This document shows positions 7,823 to 17,602 of a stretch of DNA of 64,000 nucleotides, piece by piece. The notes below the pieces were generated by a model. It saw only the letters and a program-made list of their open reading frames with translations. It was not told the origin of the DNA and searched no databases. The position numbers were made by a program, and so were the translations under genes. Position 1 is the first letter of the stretch. Every line of letters begins with the position of its first letter. Origin of the DNA: a bacterium (GTDB taxonomy: Bacteria > UBA10199 > 2-02-FULL-44-16 > JAAZCA01); assembly GCA_021810905.1 (NCBI GenBank), contig JAJZQH010000014.1:12369-76368 (forward strand), read 5' to 3'.

Positions 7823-10800
7823 TTACCGCGGAGTCACTAGGATGAAACGGGTGGAGGTTTCCTGCCAGGTGTCCAGCAGGCTGCGGGCTTGCGGGCTCTT
7901 TGTATCATTATAATAGTCAGTCAGGATCTCCCTGAGCGCATCTGTCTTGCCCGGTTCGTCCGCGAGAGATATTGCCGTCACGTCGGAATGCAGGCGCTCG
8001 CGCGCGCTGCCGTCCGGATCAAAGAGATATATCTCTCCGCCGGTCATGCCTGAGCCGACGCAGGGTCCGCATCTGCCGAGCACCACGCCAGTGCCGCCTG
8101 TCATGTATTCGAACGCGTATTTGCCGACCCCCTCGCAGATCAGCAGCGCGCCAGAGTTGCGCACTCCAAAGCGCTGGCCAGCCCTGCCGGCGATATAGAG
8201 ACGACCGCCTGTTGCACCGTATGCAGCGGAATTGCCGACGAGGTGTGGAGCGCAATCGCCTCCAACCCCGGCAGGCGGCGCAATCACGACGCTCGCATTG
8301 CCGCTCATCGCCTCTGCGACGCCGTCGTTTGCAAAGCCGTCGAGCCTTAGGGTCATGCCGTCCGTCGCGGCAAAGCCGAATCCATGTCCGGAATAGCCCT
8401 TGGCGTGGATCTCAATTCGTTCCGCGGTTTCTGCCACCCTCTCCCTTGATGGGAGAGGGAAGGGTGAGGGTGCATCCGATCTCAGCCTGGCTATTTCTCC
8501 TGCAAGCGTTGCGCCCACGGCGTGGTCGCCGTTGCAAAGCGATATGCGTATCGGCGCATTCCCGGCGCGTCCGTCGAACACGGCGCGGGCGGAAGAGAGG
8601 ATCTCGGCGTTCCTTGCGGATACGGCACGAAATTCCGTTTGAACACATCGTGCAGTGCGCGCCTCGCCATGGAAGTACATGAGCATATCCGTGAAATCGA
8701 GACGATCCCAGCGCGCCATACCTGATACGCGAGGTTTCAAGAGATCCACGCGGCCCACGAGTTCGCGCGGGTGTGTGAGGCCCAACGTAGCGAGTATGTT
8801 CCTTAAGTCGTCGCCCATGCATTCGAGATAGCGGATCACGCCGCTTTTTGCTTCATTATATCGATCCATCGCTGCTGCTTCATCGGGATGCACTCCCTTG
8901 AGATAGCCGCGCATGAAGCGTTTGTTCTGTTTTTCCTCGTCCTGCGTCGCGATGCCCACCGGGCAGTTGCCCTTGTTGCACCCACGGCAGAATATGCAGC
9001 ACTCGGCCACGAGGAGCGGCGTGCCTATGGAGACTTCATCGGCGCCGAGCGCGATGATCTTTGCCGCATCCATGCCGCACTTGATGCCGCCGTCCGCGCG
9101 CACGCGCACGCGCGAGCGGATTCCGTTTACGACAAGATATTGATGCAGCTCGGAGACGCCGCGTTCGATCGGCAGTCCCGCGTGCGAGATGCTGCCGGAG
9201 CTCGCGGCGCCGGTGCCGCCCTCAAAGCCGCTCACCACGATCACGTCGGCGCCTGCCTTTGCAACTCCAACGCCGATCGTCCCGAGATTTGTGACCGATG
9301 GAACCTTGACCGACACGATTGCTTCAGGATGCAGCTCGCGGAGATTGGTGATCAGCTGTGCAAGATCCTCGATGCTGTAGATGTCATGATGCGGGGGAGG
9401 GCTGATGAGATCCACGCCAGGCTTCGTCTTTCTGATGCGCGCGATTTCCTCGGTGACTTTTCTGCCGGGCAGGTGGCCGCCCTCGCCGGGCTTGGCGCCC
9501 TGGCCGATCTTTATCTCGATCTCGTCCGCGTGTACGAGATACGTGGCGTCCACGCCGAACCTGCCGGACGCGATCTGGCGGATCCTGCTGCGATCGGAGG
9601 CCCACTCGCCGTCCTGGTTTCGACGCTCGTCTTCTCCGCCCTCGCCGGAGCATGAGGCTGCATCGAAGTGGTTGAAGGCCGACGCTATGGCGCGATGTGC
9701 CGTCGAGTTGAGCGCACCGTGCGACATGGCTGCCCCGCGTATCGTACTCCTTACGATCTCTCTTGTGTCCGCGACTTTTTCGAGATGCGGCGGCATGTCG
9801 CTTTTTTTGAATTCGAGCATGTCGCGCAGATATACGGGAGGTGTATCTTCAAGCAGTTTCACGAACCGGTCGTAGTCGCCGTTTGAATTTCCGTTGCGCG
9901 CAACGAGCTGGAGCGCGTCTGTCACTTCCTTGCGATAGACCGTCATGTTTTTGTTTCGCGCTATGGCATTCGAACCGACGGCCGAGCGTGCGACTGTGTC
10001 CTCGTAGATGTCGTCCATGGTGATGCCGCCGAGCCGCGAGACCGTATCCGGGATGTAGTATTCGACGACATCCGAAGAGATGCCGATCGCCTCGAAGAGC
10101 GCCGAGCCGCGATAACCGGTGAGAGTCGTGATGCCCATCTTCGACATGATGCGCCTCAGCGTGTGCACAACCGACTTCACAACGTTGGCGTACGCTTCGT
10201 CAGGTGGGATATCGGAAAAAGTCGTGGCCAGGTGCAGCATGGCGTACGGGTTCACGGCCGTGGCGCCGTAGGAGAGCAGGATCGCACAATCGTGGCCTTC
10301 GTGCGTGCTGCCCGTCTCGGCAATGATGCTGGCAAAGCGCCGGAGGCCCCTAGCGGCGAGCGCCTGATGGATGGAGCTCACAACGAGCAGCATGGGAACC
10401 GGCGGCCTTTCGCCGCGCGTGGCGGCGTAATCCGTAACAACGAGTATCGACGCCTCCTTGGAGCGTATCACGCGCACGGCTTCGTCGGTGAGGTCGTGTA
10501 TCCTTCTCACGATTTCGCGCGGGCTGCCTTTGTCGACGAAAGTCGCGTCGATCTCGTGCGCCTTTAGTTCAGAGATATCTGATGAGAGGATCGCCTGCAT
10601 CTGATCGTTCGTCAGTATCGGGTGATCCAACTTATACTGCGGCCACGACATGTAATCGCTGCGCCTGCTGATGCGCGGCGAGCGGCCCAGGTACACCGTA
10701 GTATCTATGGCGCCGCCCTCGCGCAGCGGATCGATGGGCGGATTTGTGACGACAGCAACGATCTGGTGAAGGAAGCTGTAGAGCCTGGAATGGTTTTCGC

Positions 10801-12259
10801 TGAAGATCGCGAGCGGGCTGTCGTTGCCCATGCCGAGAATCGGCTCCTTGCCGCCCTTGATCATCTCGTGCAGTTGCTCGATGCGCTCCTTTGTCCAGCC
10901 GAACGCGTTGAGCGCGCGGATATCGAGCGGCTCGCTCTGCCTGCCTCTGCCGATGGGGAGCAGATCCACCGTGGCCAGGTTTTCGAAGTTGAGCCCGGTG
11001 CGATCTACGATCCATGCGGTCGCAGACTCAGGAGATATGAACTCGCCGTTCTCCACGTCGGCGATAAGCATTGCACCCGGCTCGAGCTGGCCATCGCACT
11101 CGATCTCCGAGGCTTCGAGCGGAACCGCACCGGCCTCGCTCGATACGATCACGCGATCGGATTTAGTCCTCACGTATCGTAGCGGCCGCAGTCCCATGCG
11201 GTCCATCGCCGCCGCGAGTATTTTTCCATCCGTGCCGAGGATCGCTATCGGTCCCTCCCACGCGCCCATGGTTCCGAGCGCGCGGCGATTCGCCTCGAAA
11301 AATCTGCGTTCGCGCTCGCCGAGCAGGTCTTCGTCCCAGGCGGGGGAGATCATCCTGCGCAGCGCCTCGTGGATGCCGGTGACGCCGTTGGCCACCATCA
11401 TCTCGGCCACGCGGTCGAGCTGCGCGGAATCGCTTCCGTGGTTCATGAGCGTGTTGCCGATGGCGAGCGCGCTGTCCGCGTCCTTGATGGCGCGGCAGTT
11501 TGCGGTGATCGTGTTGATCTCGCCGTTGTGCGCGATGTGCCGAAACGGCTGCACCAGATTCCAGTTGGAGAACGTGTTGGTAGAGAAGCGCCTGTGCGCC
11601 ACTATAACCCTCGTCTTGAACTCCGGATCGCGGAAGTCCTCATAGAATGACGCGAGTTGATCGGACTTAGCGAGCGCCTTGTAAACGGTTGTATGCGGAG
11701 CGAGCGAGACCACGTTGACTATGCCGGCGAGCTCGCGCTCTATGAGGACCTTCGCGTGGTGGAGCGCTTCAAAGAGCTGCGCCTCCCGCCTGTGGCCCTT
11801 GGCTGCGAGGAGCTGGAATATGATGGGTGCGTCTTCCCGCGCACGAGCGCCCAGTGCAGACGGATCAACCGGAGTCTTGCGCCAACCGAGCGGGGCGAGA
11901 CCCTCCCTGCGTATGATGAGGTCCATTTCGCGCGTGAGCTGCGGGATATTGCGCTCGCCGTGGAGGAAAAAGACCGTGCCCACGATGAGAGGTTCCTTTG
12001 CGCTCTGGAGGGAGCGTCCGTGCGCGATGAATCGCTCGAAGAAGGACCTCTCCGGCCGGAGGATCAGCCCCGCGCCGTCGCCCGTGTCTCCGAGCGAGCC
12101 GCCCCGGTGCTCCATGCGGATGAGCCCGTCCAGGGCCTGCCTGAGCAGTTCGTGGGAGGCCGGCGCAGCCAGATCGGCGATAGCGAGGATCGCGCATCCC
12201 CCGCGGCCGGGGTCGCCCTTGATTTCCTCGATGCGTTTTTTGTATTTTTTCGTATTCAT
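7823..12259 (-). CDS. gltB: glutamate synthase large subunit (single chain, about 1478 aa)
   Basis: N-terminal Ntn amidotransferase region (GDPGRGGCAILAIAD), central FMN/Fe-S domain, C-terminal GXGXG domain. Start set at MNTKKYKK (ATG 12257-12259) with an AAGGA ribosome-binding site. Confidence 0.9.
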   Translation of the reverse strand: MNTKKYKKRIEEIKGDPGRGGCAILAIADLAAPASHELLRQALDGLIRMEHRGGSLGDTGDGAGLILRPERSFFERFIAHGRSLQSAKEPLIVGTVFFLHGERNIPQLTREMDLIIRREGLAPLGWRKTPVDPSALGARAREDAPIIFQLLAAKGHRREAQLFEALHHAKVLIERELAGIVNVVSLAPHTTVYKALAKSDQLASFYEDFRDPEFKTRVIVAHRRFSTNTFSNWNLVQPFRHIAHNGEINTITANCRAIKDADSALAIGNTLMNHGSDSAQLDRVAEMMVANGVTGIHEALRRMISPAWDEDLLGERERRFFEANRRALGTMGAWEGPIAILGTDGKILAAAMDRMGLRPLRYVRTKSDRVIVSSEAGAVPLEASEIECDGQLEPGAMLIADVENGEFISPESATAWIVDRTGLNFENLATVDLLPIGRGRQSEPLDIRALNAFGWTKERIEQLHEMIKGGKEPILGMGNDSPLAIFSENHSRLYSFLHQIVAVVTNPPIDPLREGGAIDTTVYLGRSPRISRRSDYMSWPQYKLDHPILTNDQMQAILSSDISELKAHEIDATFVDKGSPREIVRRIHDLTDEAVRVIRSKEASILVVTDYAATRGERPPVPMLLVVSSIHQALAARGLRRFASIIAETGSTHEGHDCAILLSYGATAVNPYAMLHLATTFSDIPPDEAYANVVKSVVHTLRRIMSKMGITTLTGYRGSALFEAIGISSDVVEYYIPDTVSRLGGITMDDIYEDTVARSAVGSNAIARNKNMTVYRKEVTDALQLVARNGNSNGDYDRFVKLLEDTPPVYLRDMLEFKKSDMPPHLEKVADTREIVRSTIRGAAMSHGALNSTAHRAIASAFNHFDAASCSGEGGEDERRNQDGEWASDRSRIRQIASGRFGVDATYLVHADEIEIKIGQGAKPGEGGHLPGRKVTEEIARIRKTKPGVDLISPPPHHDIYSIEDLAQLITNLRELHPEAIVSVKVPSVTNLGTIGVGVAKAGADVIVVSGFEGGTGAASSGSISHAGLPIERGVSELHQYLVVNGIRSRVRVRADGGIKCGMDAAKIIALGADEVSIGTPLLVAECCIFCRGCNKGNCPVGIATQDEEKQNKRFMRGYLKGVHPDEAAAMDRYNEAKSGVIRYLECMGDDLRNILATLGLTHPRELVGRVDLLKPRVSGMARWDRLDFTDMLMYFHGEARTARCVQTEFRAVSARNAEILSSARAVFDGRAGNAPIRISLCNGDHAVGATLAGEIARLRSDAPSPFPLPSRERVAETAERIEIHAKGYSGHGFGFAATDGMTLRLDGFANDGVAEAMSGNASVVIAPPAGVGGDCAPHLVGNSAAYGATGGRLYIAGRAGQRFGVRNSGALLICEGVGKYAFEYMTGGTGVVLGRCGPCVGSGMTGGEIYLFDPDGSARERLHSDVTAISLADEPGKTDALREILTDYYNDTKSPQARSLLDTWQETSTRFILVTPR
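8435..8482 (-). repeat. palindromic repeat copy embedded in-frame in gltB, encoding SDAPSPFPLPSRERVAE
   Basis: Reverse complement reads GATCGGATGCACCCTCACCCTTCCCTCTCCCATCAAGGGAGAGGGTGGCAGAAACC. It is near-identical to the intergenic copy at 43171-43229. Contains the hairpin CCCTCTCCC..GGGAGAGGG. Confidence 0.7.
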
Positions 12260-12573
12260 GGTTCCTTGCGCAGTAGAAGCAGCTTTTCTCAGTGACGGGA
12301 GGATTGATGTCAAGACGAAATGCTTGCGAAGCAATCTTCTTTATGTCATATGCGCCAGACGTTTTGCCCAGTGACAACTTGATTGCGGGCTGTTCAAAAT
12401 GACCAGATGCAAGGCTCCCGATGGAGCCTGACTGAGATTCACTTGAAAGAGGGTTTCAGAAATAGTGCGAGACGAGGCAGGCTGAGGAGGCCGGCCGAGT
12501 CGTACTGTAAGTACGTCGCAGGCCGTGCCGACGAAGACAACGAAGTATCGCGCTATTTATGAAACCCGACATT

Positions 12574-12647
12574 GGCGGGATAGCTCAGATGGTGAGAGCG
12601 AGGGATTCATAACCCCTAGGTCGACGGTTCGATCCCGTCTCCCGCCA
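12574..12647 (+). tRNA. tRNA with CAU anticodon (elongator tRNA-Met or lysidine tRNA-Ile2)
   Basis: Cloverleaf read by hand. Acceptor stem GGCGGGA pairs with TCCCGCC. D-arm GCTC..GAGC. Anticodon loop TTCATAA. T-arm GACGG TTCGATC CCGTC. A G1-C72 pair argues against initiator tRNA. Confidence 0.8.
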
Positions 12648-12688
12648 CAAAATATTAAGGCGCCGTCAAGGCGCCTTAATATTTTGCG
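12648..12688 (+). terminator. rho-independent terminator
   Basis: Perfect 16-bp stem AAAATATTAAGGCGCC, loop GTCA, then GGCGCCTTAATATTTT followed by TTTTG. Immediately after the tRNA. Confidence 0.75.
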
Positions 12689-12732
12689 AGCCCGCCGTCG
12701 CTTCAGTGGCGTGCCACCCATCGGAGTTCAGC

Positions 12733-13155
12733 ATGCACAGCATCCAGACGAAAATCCAGAAGATCATCATCGCGCGCTGCGAGCCTGGCGACGACCTATA
12801 TGTTTCACTTGACCAGCTCGTGCAGGAGAACGATGTGCGCTCCGGGTTTTTTCAGGTGATCGGCGCTGTGAGCCGCGCCAGGCTCGGCGTGTTCGAGCAC
12901 GGGAAATACGAGTGGATGGAACACGAAGGCTCGCTTGAAATTTCCTCCTGTACTGGTAATATCTCTATAAAGGATGGCAGGTCGTTAGTGCACGGTCATG
13001 CGGTGCTGACGGATCATAAGGGTACCGTACTCGGCGGCCACGTGGTCGAGGGGTGCATCGTCGACCCCACGGCTGAGATCCACCTCCACGTCCTTGAAGG
13101 CAGCGTGGAGCGCAGGCTCGATAAGAAGACTGGGCTATGGTTGTTGGATATCTGA
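12733..13155 (+). CDS. PPC/DUF296 domain protein
   Basis: Length and motifs fit the PPC (DUF296) fold: GDDLYVSLDQLV and HGHAVLTDHKGTVLGGHVVEGCIVDP. The alternative GTG start at 12706 cannot be excluded. Confidence 0.6.
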   Translation: MHSIQTKIQKIIIARCEPGDDLYVSLDQLVQENDVRSGFFQVIGAVSRARLGVFEHGKYEWMEHEGSLEISSCTGNISIKDGRSLVHGHAVLTDHKGTVLGGHVVEGCIVDPTAEIHLHVLEGSVERRLDKKTGLWLLDI

Positions 13156-13179
13156 GAGCGCTGACAAGGGGGATGAGAG

Positions 13180-13779
13180 ATGAGTGCAAATACGACGGAT
13201 CGCGGAAATAAAGATCTTGCGTCGGCAGACACCGCGACGAGCAAAAAAATACGGCAATCCGAAAGCGACGAAGTCCAACAGCGTCTGAATGATCTTTATG
13301 ATGGCCTGGCCGACGGAGTCATTATTCTGGATAAGAATTTCTGCATTATGTGGGCTAATAAGAAGTTTTTGATTGACGCCGGATTATCGCAGCAAGAGAT
13401 AATAGGCAGACATTGTTACGAGGTAACGCACGGAAGAGCAGAACAATGCTCCTCCCCTCTACACGAATGTCCGGTACTCTCGCTTATGCAATCCAATAAA
13501 TTGACGGAAACGGTCCACACGCATTACGACAGTGAAGGACGTGCACATTTCGTGGAAGTGACCGTCAATCCCGTCAGGGATTCCAACGGCGATATCGTCC
13601 GGTTTGTGCATATGACGAGGGATGTGACAGAGGTGGTCAAAACCAGGGAGACCCTTAAGCGCATGGAGGATCTCAACAAATTCATGTTTGAGAGGGAGGA
13701 GATGATCATCGCAATAAAAAAAGAGGTGAACGAGCTGTTGCAAAAACTGGGCAAACCGAGAAAATACGATATTACGTAA
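13180..13779 (+). CDS. PAS domain protein (standalone sensor, 199 aa)
   Basis: PAS-like core LADGVIILDKNFCIMWANKKFLIDAGLSQQEIIGRHCYEV with a C-terminal coiled segment. Good AAGGGGG ribosome-binding site. Markedly lower GC than flanks. Confidence 0.7.
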   Translation: MSANTTDRGNKDLASADTATSKKIRQSESDEVQQRLNDLYDGLADGVIILDKNFCIMWANKKFLIDAGLSQQEIIGRHCYEVTHGRAEQCSSPLHECPVLSLMQSNKLTETVHTHYDSEGRAHFVEVTVNPVRDSNGDIVRFVHMTRDVTEVVKTRETLKRMEDLNKFMFEREEMIIAIKKEVNELLQKLGKPRKYDIT

Positions 13780-13952
13780 CGTGGGAATGTGGAGAGGCAC
13801 AGGGTGTGAACAGGACGAACGCGCACTTTTCCTCCGTTATTTCCGGAAAATCCGCAATTTGCGCTCGATATCTGAATTTCCAAAAAAAACACGCAACTAT
13901 TTCTTGAAATTGTCGACAATGCGAGTGGATAGTGACGTCTGCGTGGAGAACC

Positions 13953-15806
13953 ATGATATTCGATAGAAACAGTGATTATGATGAAGTGCAGAGCCTCTTC
14001 CGCATTGCGGAGTGGTACGGTTTCCTCTATCGCGTTGAGGCGCGCGGGCTTGCTGAACTCAAGAAAGCGGCCATGCGCGTAGAGCCGCTCGATAAATACG
14101 ATCGTAATTTGCTTGAAAATGCATACAGAGCGCTCGTCAATCATCCTGAAGCTGAAATGGCACGTGCGCGCTGGAAGATTAAACGCGGCGGCCAGGCTGA
14201 AGCAGGAAACGGATTAACTCTCTGGCCCGTTGAAAGCAGCAGGGATACAGTGCCCGCATCCGGAGAAGTCTCCTCCTCCGAAGCCACGACGCAACCGCCG
14301 CCGCCTCCCGCCCCAGAAGCTGATACGCTGCCGCCTCCCGCTGCTGACGAAGCTGTTGAGTTTCCGCCGGCGACTCCCGTTCCCGCCGAGACCAGAGATT
14401 TGACTTCGAGAAAAGAAATGGAGGCGCAGTTGAGAGTGCTGGGGCCCGCCTTCTCGAAGACGGCGCGCATGGCGATATCTTTGTCAAAGGATTCGATATA
14501 TATTGAGTTCATACATCTTCACTTCGACGGGTTGTTCGCAAGGCTCTCCGCCCTGATCAATGCGTTGACGGATGATAAGACATCATCGTCTGTATCATTG
14601 GCTGACAGATTCATCACGCGCGCCAGCCAGGACATGAATACCGCCGGATTGCTAACCGAGTGCGATACAGGGGTCCTGCACTTCTTTGCAGCAGGCCTTT
14701 TGGCCGATATATCCATGGCGCTGGCAGAGTTTGAGGGAGAGGATGGTGAGCGGCTTTCTGCATTATCGCAGCTCGTGATATCCGCAAAACAGTCGGATGA
14801 ATTGTTGTCGGCGGCGCGTGCGCAGATACTTGAAGCGCATCTCCGCGCGCAACTGATATTGAACCCGTATCCAGATCCTGCAACGTTCAATACGGCTGAG
14901 CAAAACAACAGCCGTCCAAGAGACGGTACTCCGACCGTCGTGGCGCCTGCTGAGGTCAGTGCAGCTCCGGTCAGAAACGTTAGAGCCGACAGCCGTCGAG
15001 TCGAGGCCTATGACGTCGATGAAACAAGGGAGCGCTGTCTGGAACTGGTCAACAAGTTAGGCGTCGGCAGCACTGGCGCGCATATAATGCAGCGACACAA
15101 TCAGCTTCAACGGATACTGGGCGGCGCGTTTGATGTCGAACCTCTTTCCACGGTCTTCAGGCAGATAGTCCGCGATCTCGATATGATTGCGCGCATAGAC
15201 GATGCTCAGAGATTGCGTCCAGAGATATACGAAAGCGGCGAGAGCGCCGAGAATGGAATGAAGGCGTTTGATGGACTGGTGCAGAATGTCTGCAAGGAGA
15301 TAAAAGTTGCAGCCTTGATGATAAAAAAAGAGAGCGAAAATACAGCTGAAGACTTCGAAACCCTGGCGAAAGAAATATCAGATGACCTACAGGAGCTGTG
15401 GAAGGGGCGTTCAATAGTTGCGACTTTACGAATAAGAGAGATGGAGGAAGAGGTCAGAAGTCATCTTCTTGCAGAGTTCCAGAACGAAGGCCGTACAAAG
15501 TTCGATGAACTGCGCGCAAAGCTCATGGACGGGCATATCCGCGCTGCCTGCATCATCACTCCGGTCGATGTGCCGTCGGCAGGCGGGTCGGGCACGCCGG
15601 GCGGAGGCAATGCGGGTCCGGCTACATCGGCAGACGGCGATCCGGAGATAAGAGTTACTTATTCATCTGTTGAGCAGGGTGAAGACTCTTCCGCGGTTTC
15701 CGATGGCGATACGTTTGGGACCTCTTCCCTCGAATACCTCGACGCCGCCGGCGTACCGGCGGCGCAATTGGCTTCCTCTCAAGTTATCCTGTCCCCGGTT
15801 CTTTAA
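13953..15806 (+). CDS. hypothetical protein with Pro-rich linker
   Basis: Long ORF with coding-like composition. Start ambiguous: GTG 13932 or ATG 13953. Internal PPPPPAPEADTLPPPAADE linker. No recognisable domain. Confidence 0.5.
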   Translation: MIFDRNSDYDEVQSLFRIAEWYGFLYRVEARGLAELKKAAMRVEPLDKYDRNLLENAYRALVNHPEAEMARARWKIKRGGQAEAGNGLTLWPVESSRDTVPASGEVSSSEATTQPPPPPAPEADTLPPPAADEAVEFPPATPVPAETRDLTSRKEMEAQLRVLGPAFSKTARMAISLSKDSIYIEFIHLHFDGLFARLSALINALTDDKTSSSVSLADRFITRASQDMNTAGLLTECDTGVLHFFAAGLLADISMALAEFEGEDGERLSALSQLVISAKQSDELLSAARAQILEAHLRAQLILNPYPDPATFNTAEQNNSRPRDGTPTVVAPAEVSAAPVRNVRADSRRVEAYDVDETRERCLELVNKLGVGSTGAHIMQRHNQLQRILGGAFDVEPLSTVFRQIVRDLDMIARIDDAQRLRPEIYESGESAENGMKAFDGLVQNVCKEIKVAALMIKKESENTAEDFETLAKEISDDLQELWKGRSIVATLRIREMEEEVRSHLLAEFQNEGRTKFDELRAKLMDGHIRAACIITPVDVPSAGGSGTPGGGNAGPATSADGDPEIRVTYSSVEQGEDSSAVSDGDTFGTSSLEYLDAAGVPAAQLASSQVILSPVL

Positions 15807-17335
15807 CTGCAGGGTCCGGCAGCGCAATTTAAATCCATGTCGGAGATGATCGCTCGATAGGACGCATGACTGTCCAGATCCACCGTATTGAAGACCCTGC
15901 CGCTGGCGCCGTCCGCGACGATGGAGACGCCGGCATTCCTGGTCAAAGGCGCGGCCTGCGAGACATAGCTTGCCTGCGAACTCAGCGTTGAATCGTATTT
16001 GACCGTATACGCCTCGTAAGAAGTAGCTTCCGCGACAGTCGATCTGGAGCCGGTTGCATAGATGTCGCTGCCTGATATCGCTACCGAATTGAATACGTTG
16101 ACGTAGCCTGCCTCAGGCGGATGCTTGTACGTTGCATTGCCCACCGCAGACTGACTGATGGCCAGCGTCGAAATATCGATTTTCGCGATCAGGAGGTCTT
16201 GTTCGGTTCCGGCGGCGTTGAAGCTCGTCCCGGCGACTACGATCTCGTTGTTCTTCACGTCGATCCCCTGCAGGATGATGCCATCCGCCGTGTCTGCATA
16301 CGATTGCACAACGAGGGAGTCGTTGTATTTCGCCACGGTGCTCTTCGTTTCATGAACGGCCAGCGAGTTATAACCCACGACATAAATGTCGTCGTTGCTG
16401 TCGAGGCTGCACGATCGAAAACCCAGGTTCCTGCCGAGCTCGCCCAGGCCCGAGGTATGGACCTCGCATCCGGCGGCGGAACATTTTGCCAGCGCACCCT
16501 CCGCGCCGCCGTCGGTCGATCTAAATCCGCAGACGATCGCGTTGCCGCTGCTGTCCGCCCGGATGTCGCGCATCACCAGTTTCGACGTGTCGATCTTGAT
16601 ATAGGCCTTCTCCGAGAGATCGGTCGCATCGTACTCGATGACGTAGTACTCATTTACGCCCAGGGGAAAAGCGGCTGCTATCAGCTCGTATAAAACGTTG
16701 TCCCTGAAGACGGCCTTCACGACTTCAAGGGAGACGTAGGCCGCGTCGTCCTTCGTGGCCTCCCTGATGAGATTCCCGCTGTCGTCGTAGATTGCAGTCC
16801 TGGCAATTTTCCTGCCATCTGCGCTGATCTTGAACCCGGCGACGATCGCCTGGTCGCTGCCGTAAGGAAGGACATTGTTGAATCCCGCCGTCGCGGCCGC
16901 GCTTTCGAAATTTCCAAGGTCAGGGGTCCAGAAACTGGACTCGTACTTGTTCTCCATGGTCTCGCCGTTCGAACCCTGGACGCCCGAGATTGACACAGTG
17001 TACATCGTGTTTGCAGCGAAGTTTGCCTGAGGTGTGAGGAGCACGGTGTCGGCGTCGCTCAGAGAGGCGGCCAATGCCACGCCGTTTCCGCTTGCGTCGG
17101 AGATCGTGATCGAGGAGATCGACGAAGGGTTGACGGGCTTATCGAAATCAATGGTTACCTGCGAATCGAGTGCGACGATTGAGCCGTCCGACGGTCCAAC
17201 GTTCATGACGTTAATGGCCCCGGGCGTCGGCGGTGGTACGGGCGGTGTTGGCGATTCACCTGGATTAATGCCTGCGACACAGCTCGTGAGCAGGCTGAGT
17301 GAAAATATTAATGCCAGCAGCCTCGCGAATTTCAT
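15803..17335 (-). CDS. lipoprotein with Ig-like (Big) and beta-propeller-like repeats
   Basis: Start set at MKFARLLALIFSLSLLTSC, a lipobox signal. GGAGAAGGAG ribosome-binding site. Pro-rich linker follows, then repetitive Ser/Thr/Asp-rich beta-repeat sequence. Confidence 0.7.
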   Translation of the reverse strand: MKFARLLALIFSLSLLTSCVAGINPGESPTPPVPPPTPGAINVMNVGPSDGSIVALDSQVTIDFDKPVNPSSISSITISDASGNGVALAASLSDADTVLLTPQANFAANTMYTVSISGVQGSNGETMENKYESSFWTPDLGNFESAAATAGFNNVLPYGSDQAIVAGFKISADGRKIARTAIYDDSGNLIREATKDDAAYVSLEVVKAVFRDNVLYELIAAAFPLGVNEYYVIEYDATDLSEKAYIKIDTSKLVMRDIRADSSGNAIVCGFRSTDGGAEGALAKCSAAGCEVHTSGLGELGRNLGFRSCSLDSNDDIYVVGYNSLAVHETKSTVAKYNDSLVVQSYADTADGIILQGIDVKNNEIVVAGTSFNAAGTEQDLLIAKIDISTLAISQSAVGNATYKHPPEAGYVNVFNSVAISGSDIYATGSRSTVAEATSYEAYTVKYDSTLSSQASYVSQAAPLTRNAGVSIVADGASGRVFNTVDLDSHASYRAIISDMDLNCAAGPCS

Positions 17336-17602
17336 CTCCTTCTCCTTTTCCAAATTGACCAGCACCACTATAAATAAGCATTTTTCGTGCCAGTTCTGCT
17401 TCTAAAAAAGAATCGGAATTTTAGACGGTTATAATTTCAGAAGAGGGCTGGTGGGGTAATTTCGTCTGCAATCGTCAAGAAATTGCCATCGAACATGATA
17501 AATTTGGGTTTCCAGACACGGGTATCGGCTATTTACTTGTATTTCTGAGAGAATATGCTAGGCAGCCGCACCAGGAAAAATTCCTGAATATCAAGGGGTT
17601 TC

